NCBI RefSeq assembly: GCF_018977255.1
Contig: NW_024705497.1
Span: 1 to 39,556 of the forward strand
Origin: Callorhinchus milii
Taxonomy: Eukaryota
DNA length: 39,556 bases
Reading direction: 5' to 3'
In this document: piece by piece, positions 22,761 to 34,720 of the stretch
How positions within the stretch are numbered: position 1 is the first letter of the stretch
Layout of the letters: every line of letters begins with the position of its first letter
Translations under genes and position numbers: made by a program
The notes under the pieces: model-generated
What the model was told of the DNA's origin: nothing
The model's database searches: none
The model's input: the letters and a program-made list of their open reading frames with translations, nothing else

Positions 22761-23817
22761 AGCGCACAAGCAGAGACGCGTCCGAGCGAGGGAGCAGCAG
22801 GAGCTTGCGGCGGCCACGCCCAATCGAGAGGAACACCTGGCCGCTGTTTGTATCCTCCTACACCACACAAGCTAACGACACAATTAATATTACGAGGGGA
22901 CAACGCACACACAGCACGCACACGAATAAGACTTTCAAAAAGTGATCTTTGCGTTTCAAAAAGGGTTGCCATTTCGAGGTGGTGCGTTCAATATCAACTG
23001 AACGTGCAAAGCAGTTGCTGCCGTCGAGTTACATGAATAAGAAATGTTTTAGTCATTCATTTTCGTTAACTGCATAATTTCGCCAATGAAGAAGTATTTT
23101 TAGTCATTCAATTTCGTTAATTGCATAATTTTGCCCATGAATTTATTGACGTATACTTGCTTTCGCATAAGAGAGTGTCATGTGCTTGTTTAGAATTAAA
23201 ATTGCTTAACACCAACTGTTCGAGTGCTTCTTTCCAAGTCCATGCAAAACTATCTTATTCTTGATAACTGTATCCTGTGATGAGATCTGAAACTGGAGAC
23301 CTAAAATAATATAAACACACTAAGATAATCAGTAAATGTTTAATCGACGATAATCGTGTTATCCTGATTGATATAACTCTGGATAAACGAAGCTAAGCTT
23401 AATTATCACAACTGCACACATTAACACAATCGCAAACATCCGCATAATTTACTACGATTTTCTCCGCGATTATCATAATTTATGCATATAATTACACGCA
23501 TTAACATAATTTATGCATGTTAATACAGACACTATCATAATTTATGCGATTTGCGCATTTTTCGGAAAATTATTAATTTTTATTATTTTTTTATCAAAAT
23601 TTCATAATCACAACACATACAACAGCCCCCTCGTCTCGAGCCACGCGCTTCCCCCTGGCAGTTTGTCCGTTAGAGAGGCGGGGAGAAAACTCTGGCGAAG
23701 GTGAGGAGTGGATCCTCGCTGTGGGTGGGTGGTGCGGTGGTGTGAGTCTGTGTGTGTGGTGTGAGTCTGTGTTTGTGTGAGTCCGTGTGTGTTTGTATCC
23801 GTGTGTGAGTCTGTGTG

Positions 23818-24112
23818 TGTGTGGAGTGGTTAACGCGCTGCGCTATGAACCGGTGACCCAGAATTGGATTCCCGCTCAAGGTCAACACCAGTGACGATTA
23901 TATGAACCGGTCCTGGGCCTCCCCTAGGTCGACTCAGCCTCGAATGAGTACCTGGTGTGGTGTGTAAACATCGCCACTAGAGAGACAAAGGCGGCCGGGC
24001 GCGGTGTTGGCCACCCACACCCTCGTGTGCTGTTCCGGCCTTCATAGGTGATGCTGGCTAACAGCACTTGCCCCAACAATTTATTTCAGCTATAAGGGGG
24101 ATCTTTATCTTT
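23818..24112 (+). mobile_element. tRNA-head SINE with Nin/Deu-type central domain
   Basis: GTGGAGTGGTTAACGCGCTG head; GGTCGACTCAGCCT..AATGAGTACCTGG...AAAGGCGGCCGGGCGCG core; followed by (GTT/GGT)n. Confidence 0.75.
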
Positions 24113-24617
24113 GTTGTTGGTGGTGGTGTTGTTGGTGGTGTTGATGGTGGTGTTGGTGGTCTTGGTGGTGTTGGATATATGACCCTTTTTTCCAAAATTC
24201 ATATTAAGAATAATTCTGCCAATATTTTTTTTTTCATATAATCACTGGCGGCGTCGCTGGGAGCACAATCAAATGGAACCCCCCTCCTCGAGCAGCTGCC
24301 TTGTCACGCTCGCAACAGAGAGCCGGAGATGAACCATAAAAGATAATGACACCCTCCCCTCCCACCAACAGAAAGGGTCAGTCATAAAGAAAAAAAACAC
24401 ACGCCCCCCCTCCCCCAGACGAAGGATAACAAACAGGCGTTTCGTTTTGGTTAACTTTTTCATGTTTCTTCTAACAACGGTAAAAATTCCAAAACTTAGC
24501 GACCAAAGATTAAGCTAACATCGATCCTCACACTCCAATTAAAAACCAGGCTACAATCTACATCAGTGGATCATTACTCCTCATTTATTAATTCAATACT
24601 AATGTTATTTTTACCTT

Positions 24618-27600
24618 TGTAATAAAGGACTCCTTCACAAGATGTCGCTCTCCATTGGTCCTTTATTGGGTTCTTTCCTCGCACCCGCTGGTCCTCGCTC
24701 CGACCCTCGCCGTGCGCCCTGCGCACGCTCCGTGTGGCTCTCGCCACGCCATCTCCTCCAGCTTCTCCGTGTGCACTCTCCTCACCCGCCGGGGCCACAC
24801 CGCCCTTCGGGTACCCCGCACACACTACTGGCTCTCTCTATCTCCGTGCGGTCCCGCACACTCCGCTGCCCGCGCACGCTGGACCCCAGTGCGCCTATCG
24901 GCCCCGACCACGTGGCAATGGCGCCACTTCTCCCTCCACCACCAGCGTGGCTCCCTCCGTGATTCACTCTCTTCTCCTCCTCCTCCGGGTCTCTCACGTG
25001 ACCCAAACTCCACCTTCTCTTACTGCCCCTGTCTCCGCCCCCACTCACCCCGACGACCAGGCTCCGCCTCTCCAATACACCGGCCTGTGTGAGTGGTGCG
25101 GAGGCAGTGCCCACCCTGTCCTTGCTCGCATTACACTACCCCCCCCCCCTGATGAAAAAGCCAGCCGTCCTCGGCTGCAACAGAACAACAATAATGCGAG
25201 CAACACATGACACCACCGGCATAAGAAGACAATGGAGAGAAGAACAATAACAATTAACGAAAGGGAAGGGATTTAGAACGCTTGCGAGTCGTCGGGCCGT
25301 CCCGCACGGGGGTGCCCCCCCGTGTGGACTGTGACCGTGACGGGGTTTTAGGAGCGGCGGGACTGGAACCGCCCGCCGCTGTTGGAGGCCCGTCACTCCC
25401 AGCATCCCATTCCCCAAAGAGGTCCGACATCGCGGCCTCCCGTAATTGTAGGGGCAGCGAGGTCAAGTGTCCCCGTCGCCGTGGTAGGCCCACCCGGAGC
25501 AGGAATCACCATGTCCGGCAGGATCACCGCCGGTCCGTCTACAGGAGGCAGGTTGAACAGGCAAAGTCAGTGGCGCGTCGGTCGCGACAGACACCGGCAA
25601 GGCAACATTAGGAGATGACGCATCCATCCGCGGGGTCACATAGGGTTTCAATCGGGACGTATGAACTTACCAACGCCGCGATCCGAACCGAAACACGCGC
25701 GGACTGCAGACTAGGAACATCAATAAGCACCACCGGCCCCTGCCACAGCCTATGCAACTTAGGGGAGGTCCCCACCGGTACCTGCGGGCAGTGCAGCCAG
25801 GCCATGTCCCCACCCGCCAGGGGGACTCACCATGCGAGCGTCGTGCACAGCGTTCGTTCCGGGCCTGGGTCTTGGCAGTAGCCAATCGGGCCCCCTCCTG
25901 CGCCTCAGCCACGCGACGAACGGTGTCCCGAATATAATCGGGGAGAGGCTTAACAGGACCCTTCATCCCCGTGCCCAGCTGCACGTCCACCGGCGGCACG
26001 TTCTTGCGGCCGTACATCAAAAAGAAAGGCGAGTACCCCGTCGACGCATGTGGCGTCATCCGGTACGCAGAGAGCACCCCGGGGATATGCAAATCCCAAT
26101 CAGCCTGATTTTCGCTAACCGTATGACAGAGCATTGCCGATAGGGTCCGATTATTACGTTCAACCATCCCATCCGTCTGCGGATGGTAGGGAGACGTCCG
26201 TACCTTCTTGGTCCCCAGTGCAGTGCACACCTCAGCCAATAATTTAGAAGAAAAATTTTACCCTTGGTCCGTAAGCAACCTTTCCAGTGCCCCTTTGTCC
26301 ATTATATATCCGAACAGGAACGCCTCCGTGATAGACGCCGCTGACTGATCGGCTAAGGGCCAGACCATCGGCCAGCGGAAAGATATTCCACTCCAACCAA
26401 TAAAAATTTGTTACCCCGAGCGAATGGTGGAAAGGGCCCCAAAATATCCAACGCCACTAATTCATTAATCCATGACATCTGTATGGACTGCACTGGTGGA
26501 ACATATGGGGTGTTTAGGCGGTTTCTGTCGGGCACAGTCGGAGCACGCCCGAATGTGCCCGACGACATCAGCCGTGCCAAATATAATCCCGCTGTAACGT
26601 CAACAAGGTTTTCTGCACTCCGAGATGTAATAACTTCTCGGAATGCAGAATCTGAATCAATTCATATCGCAGCGACACCGGCACAACAAGCCGCCAGCGA
26701 TCGTGCAAGCCTTCCCTCCACATCAGCAAGCCATCCCGGAGAGCAGCTCCCAGCGTCCCATCGGATAGCGGGCCACCCCTTACCTTCGCAGCCCGACCCC
26801 GCAAGGCCCCCAGCGAGTCATCAAGCAATTGTTCGCGAACCCATACCGAACGTGGCAAATTCAAAACCCCATCAGCCAGCTCTGGACACGCGGGAGCCTC
26901 AGGCACCTCCACAGTGGACATAACCGTCAGAGGTGGCAGCGGAACCCGCGTGCACCTATTTGTGCCTGAAGTGCAAGCGCACGGGGACCCCTGCGGCAAT
27001 CTAGAAAGTGCGTCCGCGTTCGCGTGATGCGATCCCTTCTGGTACTGAATTTTCAAATGAAAACTCCTGCAGGGTTTCCAACCATCGTGCTAATTGGCCA
27101 GACGGTTGATCAACCCTCAGGGCATATTGCAGAGCAGCATAATCCGTGCACACAATAAACGTACGGCCGTATAGATACGGCCGGTATTGGTGAAGAAAAT
27201 GTACTATGGCCAAGAGTTCCCGATGAGTAACGCAGTAGCGGGTCTCCGCCGGAGACAGCACGCGGCTTCCGTAAGCCACTACACGTTCGACGCCCGTCCC
27301 TAGATTGGGACAGGACGGCCCCAATCCCCGTGTCACTCCGCGTCGGTATCCAGGATAAATGGCCAAGTAGAATCCAGATAGTCCAGCGTCGGTGCTGAAG
27401 CCAAACGATTGCGTAGGCTCTGAAATGCCGCCTCCTCCGCCGGTCCCCAACTGAACCTCAAGCCCTTCGCCGTAAGGAGGTGTAAAGGCCTCGCAATCGT
27501 GGCAAAGTCAGGCACGAACCTGCGGTAATAAGAAGCGAACCCGACGAACCGACGCACGTCCCCCACTGAGCCGGAGTTGGCCAATTTCCGGACGCACGCC

Positions 27601-28438
27601 GTCTTCTCCGGGTCAGTGGCCACCCCGTCCGAGCTGACTATGTGGCCCAAATAGCGCACGGATCGCTGCAACAGGTGACACTTTTTAGGCTTAAACTTCA
27701 ATTTAGCGGAACGCATCCTCGCAAACACCGCGTCCAATCTCCGCAGATGTTCCTCAAACGTGCGGCTGAGATGATAACATCGTCCAAATATATCAGACAC
27801 GTGTCCCACTGCAGACCGGTCAACACGAGTTCCATCAATCGCTGGAACGTCGCTGGGGCGGCGTTTAAGCCCATGGGGAGACAATTAAATTGAAACAAGC
27901 CCTGCGGCGTACGGAAAGCCGTCTTTTCCCTCGAGGACTCGTCCAGGGGAAGTTGCAAAAATGCCGATGAAAGATCGAGAGTGGAAAAAATTTTTGCCCC
28001 AGACAAGGCATCGAGGGAGTCATCCATACGCGGCAGGGGTACGCGTCCGCAACCGACACTTTATTCAACCTGCGAAAATCGACACAAAACCGCAATTTCC
28101 CATCCTTTTTCTTCACAAGGACCACTGGAGCACCCCACGGACTGTTGGACGGAGAAATAATGTCGGCGGCCATCATATCCTCCACCGCGCCCCATATATG
28201 ATCCCGCTCCGACGGACTCACCGATGCGGGTTCATCCGAATCGGAGCGGCATCCCCCGTATCAATATGGTGGGAGAGCAGAGAAGTGCGTCCCAAATCGA
28301 AATCGTCCAAACTAAAAACGTCGGAATACTTTCCCAACAGCGTGCGAAGCACGCCGACGACCAGGCTCCGCCTCTCCGAATACACCGGCCCGTGTGAGTG
28401 GTGCGGAGCAGCGCCCACCCTGTCCTTGCTCCATTACA
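24618..28438 (-). mobile_element. Gypsy/Ty3 LTR retrotransposon, internally deleted
   Basis: CCTT|TGTAAT...ATTACA|CCTT. Complete 3' LTR at 24618-25135 with a poly-G PPT (~25139-25150); only ~85 bp of the 5' LTR remain (28354-28438). Confidence 0.93.
25600..28350 (-). pseudogene. pol: Gypsy pol: RT - RNase H - integrase, multiple frameshifts
   Basis: [110 protein letters not shown]. Confidence 0.95.
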
Positions 28439-30722
28439 CCTTTAATATTTTTCTACACCGACCTGACGAAGCATCGAAGAAGAATTCTGGCAGTCAGGGT
28501 TATTCCTAAGCCAAAACGAATTCTCTAACCTCGGGATATCAGATAATAATAATACTAACTCGAGAAACAAACAGCACAAACCCAGGATACAGGCGGTGGA
28601 ACGAAGGTTAGTAAAACCCTATGAAATACGCGGTAATAATAATGCTAAATCACAAATCTTGAATAAACACAAACCAAATATAATGAGGAAGTATTAGACC
28701 AAGGGTCATGTAGAATAATTAAAGGTGAAATAAGTCGGTCATACCTAACCAAGATGTAATGTACTCCATAGAGCCTTCCAACCGCCTTTGTCTTCCCGCA
28801 GTACGGATAGAAAGATTTGCACACACAAGCAAAAGAACATCTCCCCATAAAAAAATCAAACCTCGATGGAAATACTGTGAACCCGGCTATAACATACCTT
28901 GAATCACTTACAAATCAAAACTACAAGTAATATTATAAGAGGTAAAGTGAGTTTCATTTTAACTTCCAAACAGAAAACGGGAAAACTTGAAAGCTTGTGT
29001 GAGACAAAGAGTCACACCCATCGCGGGGAAGACGGAGAAAACCCCCTCCTCCCAAGTTAATAATTAGAGGGTGAAGGGGGCTGAGGGAATGCACGAGGGG
29101 GCCATTTGGAGGCAAATTCCTTTGTTGGCGAGATAACTCAAGGAAGCCAATTATCACTCCCAATAAAATGGAACAACACACGGACACACATACCACTCCC
29201 CCTCCCCACAGCAAAAGTTGGGCCCTTTTGTGAACAGAGAGAGAGGGGAGGGATTATACAAGTCTAAGTACGAACATGATTCACACATTGTCAGTCTTGC
29301 TCAGCTTGCGGTGCCGTCGCGAGGAGCAGGCACCGACCCCAACCATGGGTGTCATGTCTCGCAGAGAAAGTGACGATGTGTGGTTGAGAGTTGGGTTCGG
29401 CATGAGCCGACAAGAGTATCGCTGAAAGTTTTATGCTACATTTACCCTGATGTGTTGAGGTCGCTCGCATCGTCAAGGATTGCGACAAGTGGTATTATAT
29501 TAAGCTTTCACAGTTGTTTAAGAGGTGTGCGAATACAAATCACTACTGTTGAGAGTGAGCGCCAGCAAAAGCGCCGTGGGCTCGACCAATCACCACCGAC
29601 ACAGAAGAAGCTTGCCAGCAGAAGAAGACTCCGCAACTCATCAAGGATGACGAGGCTCGCTGAGTAGCGATACCCTACTCAGTGCGAGTTCAGCTCCAAC
29701 AGAAAAAGTATCGCTCGAAAATCATTCTGCTCTGGGCACCGACTCATAGAGCCACTGCAGTTCGAGCTCAGCTGACGAGAATTCCAGCATCATCCGCGAG
29801 AGAGGGCGGAAAGCGCCAAACGTCGACTTAGCCTGCCATCAACGACGAAAGCATCGTTCATCGCCATTGAGCCGGAGCCGGAGAGGGGTGCGCAGTTGCG
29901 CCGCCAGCGCCACCGAGCACGGGTGCCAGCTTGCCAGCGCACGAGCGACCGAGCATCTCCAAGACAGGCATCGTGCCAACGCAGCTCATCATCCAGCGGC
30001 GGAGAGAACCGTCAGCTAACGTCAGACACGCCCGAGCGAGGAGAGGGAACCAGCCGCCTTCGTATACCCTCTCCCACACTCACAAACCCACGACGCGCCC
30101 GGCGTCTGCTTAATACAAGAATTTACCAACGAGATAATCCAACACACCCACACAATGGAACCAATCATAAGAAGACTAATTATAAAAGTGCATGAACCAC
30201 CAGCTGACCGTGAAGGCATCGCGGCTCATCGAGTGATAAGAATACGGCGTTTCTAAGTACATTAGTCGTTTTATTTTCTTACTTGGTTTTATTTCATTTT
30301 ACTTCTAATCGCATACATTTCCAATAGATTCATCGATACAAACTAAACTTTTGAAACCTTCGTCACGAATCTCCACGCTCACAGAGAGAATATCGTGTTA
30401 AACCTGTTTCTTTATCATAGAATCTTGTCCACGAATTAATTAAAGCTTAGCCAAAGATAAGAATCTCTCGTAAGAGGGCACGCACACCGCTGCACACCAT
30501 TGTTCCAAGACATTTCGTTAATTATATAATCTTGCCGATGAATCTAATGACGTATACTTTTGCCTTTGGGGTATCATAATTTGCTTTTATTGCCTTTCGA
30601 ATGAATATCGTTGCATGCCTGTTTTAAAGACTCTCCTTGTCGCCGTCTATGCTCGTGTTACGCTGTGGAATTAATATGTGCGGTTGCAAAAGTGAAACAA
30701 CGCAATCATTGATGGTTAAATG

Positions 30723-31214
30723 TGTAATAAAGGTCGTGGAAGCGACTTCTGGAATCCATTCTTTATTTGTTTTTCCTTACAACACTCCTTCATGCTGCTG
30801 ACAGGACAGCGTGAGAGGGATAGAGAGAGAGAGAGACGCGTGCAGCCACGTGGCTGCCTGGACCCCCCGCTCTCGCGTGGCCTCTCCCTCTGTTCGTTCC
30901 AGTTCTGACCACGTGTTGTTCATCTCCACCCTATTTAATACCCGGGTCACGTGGTACCTTTCACCAATCATGGTTAGCTTCTATAGAATCTTCTAGACTC
31001 CATCGTAGGCTCCCGGAACCACGCCCTGACTCGTCTCCCCATTGGCTGTGGCGAAAGCCAGCAGAACCAATCCTCTACTTACAGATGTCACCTTCCGTTA
31101 TGTCAGGGCCACGCCCCTAGGCTGCCCCCCATTGGCTATGGACTAGGACCGGCAGAGCCAATCATCGTGACAAGTTGTGATCCGTCAGCGACCCGGATAT
31201 ATCCTCACATTACA
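30723..31214 (-). mobile_element. Solo LTR (492 bp) nested in giant LTR B
   Basis: AATG|TGTAAT...ATTACA|AATG; same TGTAATAAAGG terminus as the 24618 Gypsy LTR; minus-strand CCAAT, TATTAAA and AATAAA. Confidence 0.9.
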
Positions 31215-31564
31215 AATGTACTGCTCACTGAGAGAAATTTCCCCAATTGTACGTGGATAATTCCCAGCATGAGAGTTCGCATTTTAGAGTCATGTTTTTG
31301 TTAGAATTGCTTAACACAGAAGTGTATGAGTGTTTCTTTCCTGAGTTCATGCATAACAATCTTATTTATAAGAACTGTATCCTGCGTTGAGATTTGAATT
31401 TGGAGACCTGACATTAACACACTAAGATATAATCAGTAAATGTTTAAGCAAGAATAATTGCATTATCCCGATTGATGATACGACCCTGGGCACATTAGCA
31501 TAATCACATACATTCGCACACATTAATATTTTTCTAAATTTTTCTAAACCCGACATATACAACA

Positions 31565-31822
31565 GTGGTGTTTGTGGTGTTGTTGGTGGTGGGCTGTTCG
31601 TGTTGTTGGTGGTGTTGTTGGTGGTGTTGATGGGGGTGTTGATGGGGGTGCTGTTGGTGGTATTGGTGGTAGTGTTGGTGGTGTTTATGGGGGTGGTGTT
31701 GGTGGTGGTATTGTTGGTGATGGTGTTGATGGTGGTGATATTCTTGTTGGTGGTGGTACTGGTATTGTTGGTGGTGGTGATGTTGATGGTGTTAGTGGTG
31801 TTGGTGGTGGTGTCCGGTGGTG
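31565..31822. repeat. (GGT/GTT/GAT)n microsatellite, continuing 24112-24168
   Basis: Direct inspection; split by LTR B. Confidence 0.9.
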
Positions 31823-31859
31823 GTTCTACGATCTATCCTGGGTTTAACCTAGCTGGATT

Positions 31860-33000
31860 GTGTGAGGAGCTCACAAATCCTTGAAGGATCTGGACACATT
31901 CCACCAGTAAGCTCCTCCGGCAGGCAAGGCTGCGTTTGCTGGGTCTTGTAGCCCGCATACCCAAGCAGTTTCTTTTGGCTGCATAAAGGGGGGCTAAACG
32001 GCCACGACATGGGCTGTCGAAAATATGGACTGATGCTGTATGGAGGATGTTGAGTTGAGTGGACTTGCGAAAGACTGGTACCAGTGGTCTAAATAGCATC
32101 CTTCACGAGGAAGCTCGTGAAGGATGGACAGTTGGAGGCAGTCTGGCACAACAACTGAGGGCAGAGGAGTGACGCTCACAACGAGTGGCGGATAAAATTC
32201 GGCAAGTTGGCACAGTTGGGGATACAGCTGGTGTATCTGTAGTGGTGATACGCGCTGGCAGTAGGGATCGTGTGGCAGCACGTGGTGATTTGGCTGTGTA
32301 TTGATGACACGTGCTGACAGTGATGGATCGTTGTGGCAGCGGCGTGGTGATTGGTTGCGTTGGTGGTGACACGCGCTGGAAAAGGGATCGTGTGGCAGCG
32401 CGTGGTGATTGGTCAACTAGAGTGGGTGCTCACATCGCGGTCCGCATGGGCTCCGTCTCTCGGGAGCGGAGGACTATAAAAGGCGATGCGCGCGGGCGCT
32501 CGGGGCAGTTGGTAACCAGTGAAGACGGAAGACGGAGGAGGAAGAATAGGGCCCTGAGACCCCTAGTCCCGCTGTCCTTGTAAGGGCCGGGACCCTGTGT
32601 GGCTCAGAGGCGGGACCTTGGGACCCGCGGCCAGACGTCCTTGTGAGGGCCAGGCTGCGGGACCCAGTGGTCGTGATCCAGACCCTAGCTGGGGTGGGGT
32701 CTGTGAGTTCCCCTGGAAGCTACGGGGCTGGAGAGCCCGTGTGGTGTGTAGCCGGGTGGAACGTGTAGCGTGAGCTGTAGTTGTCCACACGTGTTATTGT
32801 GGCTAAGGAAGAGCTGTAGTTTCCACACGTGTTATTGTGGCTAAGGAAAGTGTTAATAAAGTGTGCTACCCGTCAAGTGGTCTCCCGCCGTAATTAACAA
32901 TATTACATATCTACCAATCATCTGGGTCTGTCCCGTGACATCTTGTCAGCGAACTTTCGACACTTTGCGTGGCCTGAAAGTGCACCTGGCCTGGCACAGG
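31860..33000 (+). mobile_element. RTE-clade LINE 3' ORF fragment, interrupted by a solo LTR
   Basis: KLLRQARLRLLGLVARIPKQFLLAA*RGAKRPRHGLSKIWTDAV; after the LTR, CQRTFDTLRGLKVHLAWH (C-terminal C2H2-like motif). Confidence 0.7.
32238..32907 (+). mobile_element. Solo LTR (670 bp)
   Basis: TATC|TGTAG...TTACA|TATC; TATAAAA ~32475, AATAAA ~32855; internal tandem repeats. Confidence 0.9.
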
Positions 33001-33484
33001 CGCCGTGATGACATCATCGCTACTTAGTGGCGAATGTCGGGGTGTTTTTTTTGTGTTTCGTGTTGTGAGTGAGTGAGTGATGATGATGGTGTGTGTTGAT
33101 GATGTGGGTTCATGGTGTGAGTCCGCATTGTGACTTGACTCGTGTTGAGATGTGGGTGCCGTCACACCCTCTCGACTCTGTGTGATCCTCGGCTTCGTCT
33201 CCTGCTCACACGCAGAGACCTGGACTGCGCGAGAGACGCTGTTAGTTCTGTGCACCCTGCTCTGCAAGTTGCCACCTGGAGGTACGTGTGCTCTTCGTCG
33301 TGTGGTGAAAGTATTAATGGACGTGTGCTCTCCACTCTGCGTGTGGCTACTTGTCACCTATCCATATACCTAAGTGTGCATCTGCTTGCCTGCCTGAGTG
33401 TGTGTGCATCTATCAGAGTATCTCCCCGAGATCCTCTCTGTGTACCTGCCTTTCTACGTTTTAATAATCTACAGTACTTTTATC

Positions 33485-33850
33485 TATCAACTACTGAATG
33501 AAGGCCTCCTCCCTGAGACCCTGCTACCCCTCACGATCCTGCGATGGATAATCCACCAAGCACCGTTTGTCGCTCCATCTTTCTGGCAGCTGTCCTCTCA
33601 GACGTGTTCCGATATTTGGGCTGCACCCCGTTATTCTTGACCAGCGGCCATCGTTGTTCTTCCGTGGTCGTGGCATGTCCTGGCCCAGCCCTACTTCTCT
33701 TAACAGTTTGAAGGATGCCATTCACTGCGTGTGTCCTCTAAATCCACACGTGTCTCATTGTTAATCCAAGTGTGACATCTGACATTGGCCAAATATCCGA
33801 ACGCTGAGAACTGACATCTCAGCAGGACCCTCCTGAATGTGGAGCCAGGA
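33485..33850 (-). mobile_element. Decayed RTE-like 3' fragment
   Basis: Reverse complement: RRVLLRCQFSAFGYLA, then MASFKLLREVGL...DGRWSRI, and an RTE-type tail GGAGGCCTTCATTCAGTAG. Confidence 0.4.
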
Positions 33851-34117
33851 TCTCGGAGATCCTGGCTTAGTGCTCGCCGCTTGCACTTTCCCCACATTTT
33901 GCTAAACCTATGTGGTGGACCTTTGTCTTTGTGTGTGTGTAGATGAGCCAATCTGGAGAGGCGAGGAATAAGGGTGCATTGTGTACCACGTGGAGTGCGC
34001 TGTCCTCGAGGGCACCGCCTCCATCTGCATCAAATCACCGCAAGGTAAGAACAGGAATGAGGGATGTAACAGAGGGCCATGCGTGATGGTGGAACATCAC
34101 GATGGCCATGTTGCATG

Positions 34118-34720
34118 TGTTGTGTATATGCCCTTTTTCCAAAAATTAATATTAAGAATAATTCTGCAATAATATTTTTTTTCATAGACACCGGGGGCAA
34201 CTTGGTAGCAACAAAGGAAGCTCAAAATACCCAAATTCCCCACTTCCACGAGCAAAGGCCAGAGGGTAGGCGATGAACCATAAATGGTCATAAACCCTCC
34301 CCGGATTACACACAAGAGAGAGGGGGGTAAAACGACAAATGGGGTTAAAACAGTCACCTCTGCTTCAAAGGCACCACAATACAGGCAGTAGGCGCCACGA
34401 GACATATAATTATTTAAAAAAATTGTAACGGTTAAAGTAAAAAAATTGGCAACAGGGAAAGCAAACAGATGGGTTTTGAGCCATATTAGTAAAACAAAGT
34501 ACCAACTTAGCCACGAAGATTAAGCAAACATTACATATCCTCATCCTCACTCTAATTAAAGACACACGCACAAGCCGGGGTGCAGGATTACAGCGTGCTC
34601 TGTGGAGAGGGAGCCCCGACGCCTTTGTCTTCCGCAGCACGGATAGCAAGATTTGCACACACAAACAGATAACATCTCCCATAAAGAAATCAAACCCACG
34701 ATGGAAATACCGTGAACACT
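34118..34720 (+). mobile_element. Giant LTR copy C, 5' portion only
   Basis: TGTTGTGTATATGCCCTTTTTCCAAAA..ATATTAAGAATAATTCTGC matches the start of copy B; 34620-34717 matches 28783-28881. Confidence 0.85.

Larger units (their letters stand above)
20495..23624 (+). mobile_element. Giant solo LTR, copy A (3130 bp)
   Basis: GCCC|TGTTGTGT...ATACAACA|GCCC. Shares blocks with copies B and D (GGAGACCT...AACACACTAAGAT...TCAGTAAATGTT) and with B and C (CGCCTTTGTCT.CCCGCAG). Confidence 0.88.
24169..31564 (+). mobile_element. Giant solo LTR, copy B (~3075 bp after removing two nested insertions)
   Basis: GTGG|TGTTGGATAT...ATATACAACA|GTGG, inserted in a (GGT)n tract. Contains the nested Gypsy (24618-28438) and a solo LTR (30723-31214). 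Confidence 0.88.

Noticed and set aside
21299..22972. Repeated ORFs (MRAPSQHH..., MSRRSISP...) and the 223-aa ORF at 36125-36796
   Set aside because: By-products of GC-rich tandem repeats; open in several frames with no domain signal.
20495..23624. Interpretation of the 3-kb TGTTG...CAACA units as DNA transposons or BEL/Pao LTRs
   Set aside because: Inverted ends are only about 5-8 bp, the TSD is 4 bp, and homologous copy D sits directly after a PPT and an env-like ORF.
31572..31884. Gly-rich and Val/Leu-rich 'membrane protein' ORFs
   Set aside because: Translations of a (GGT)n microsatellite.
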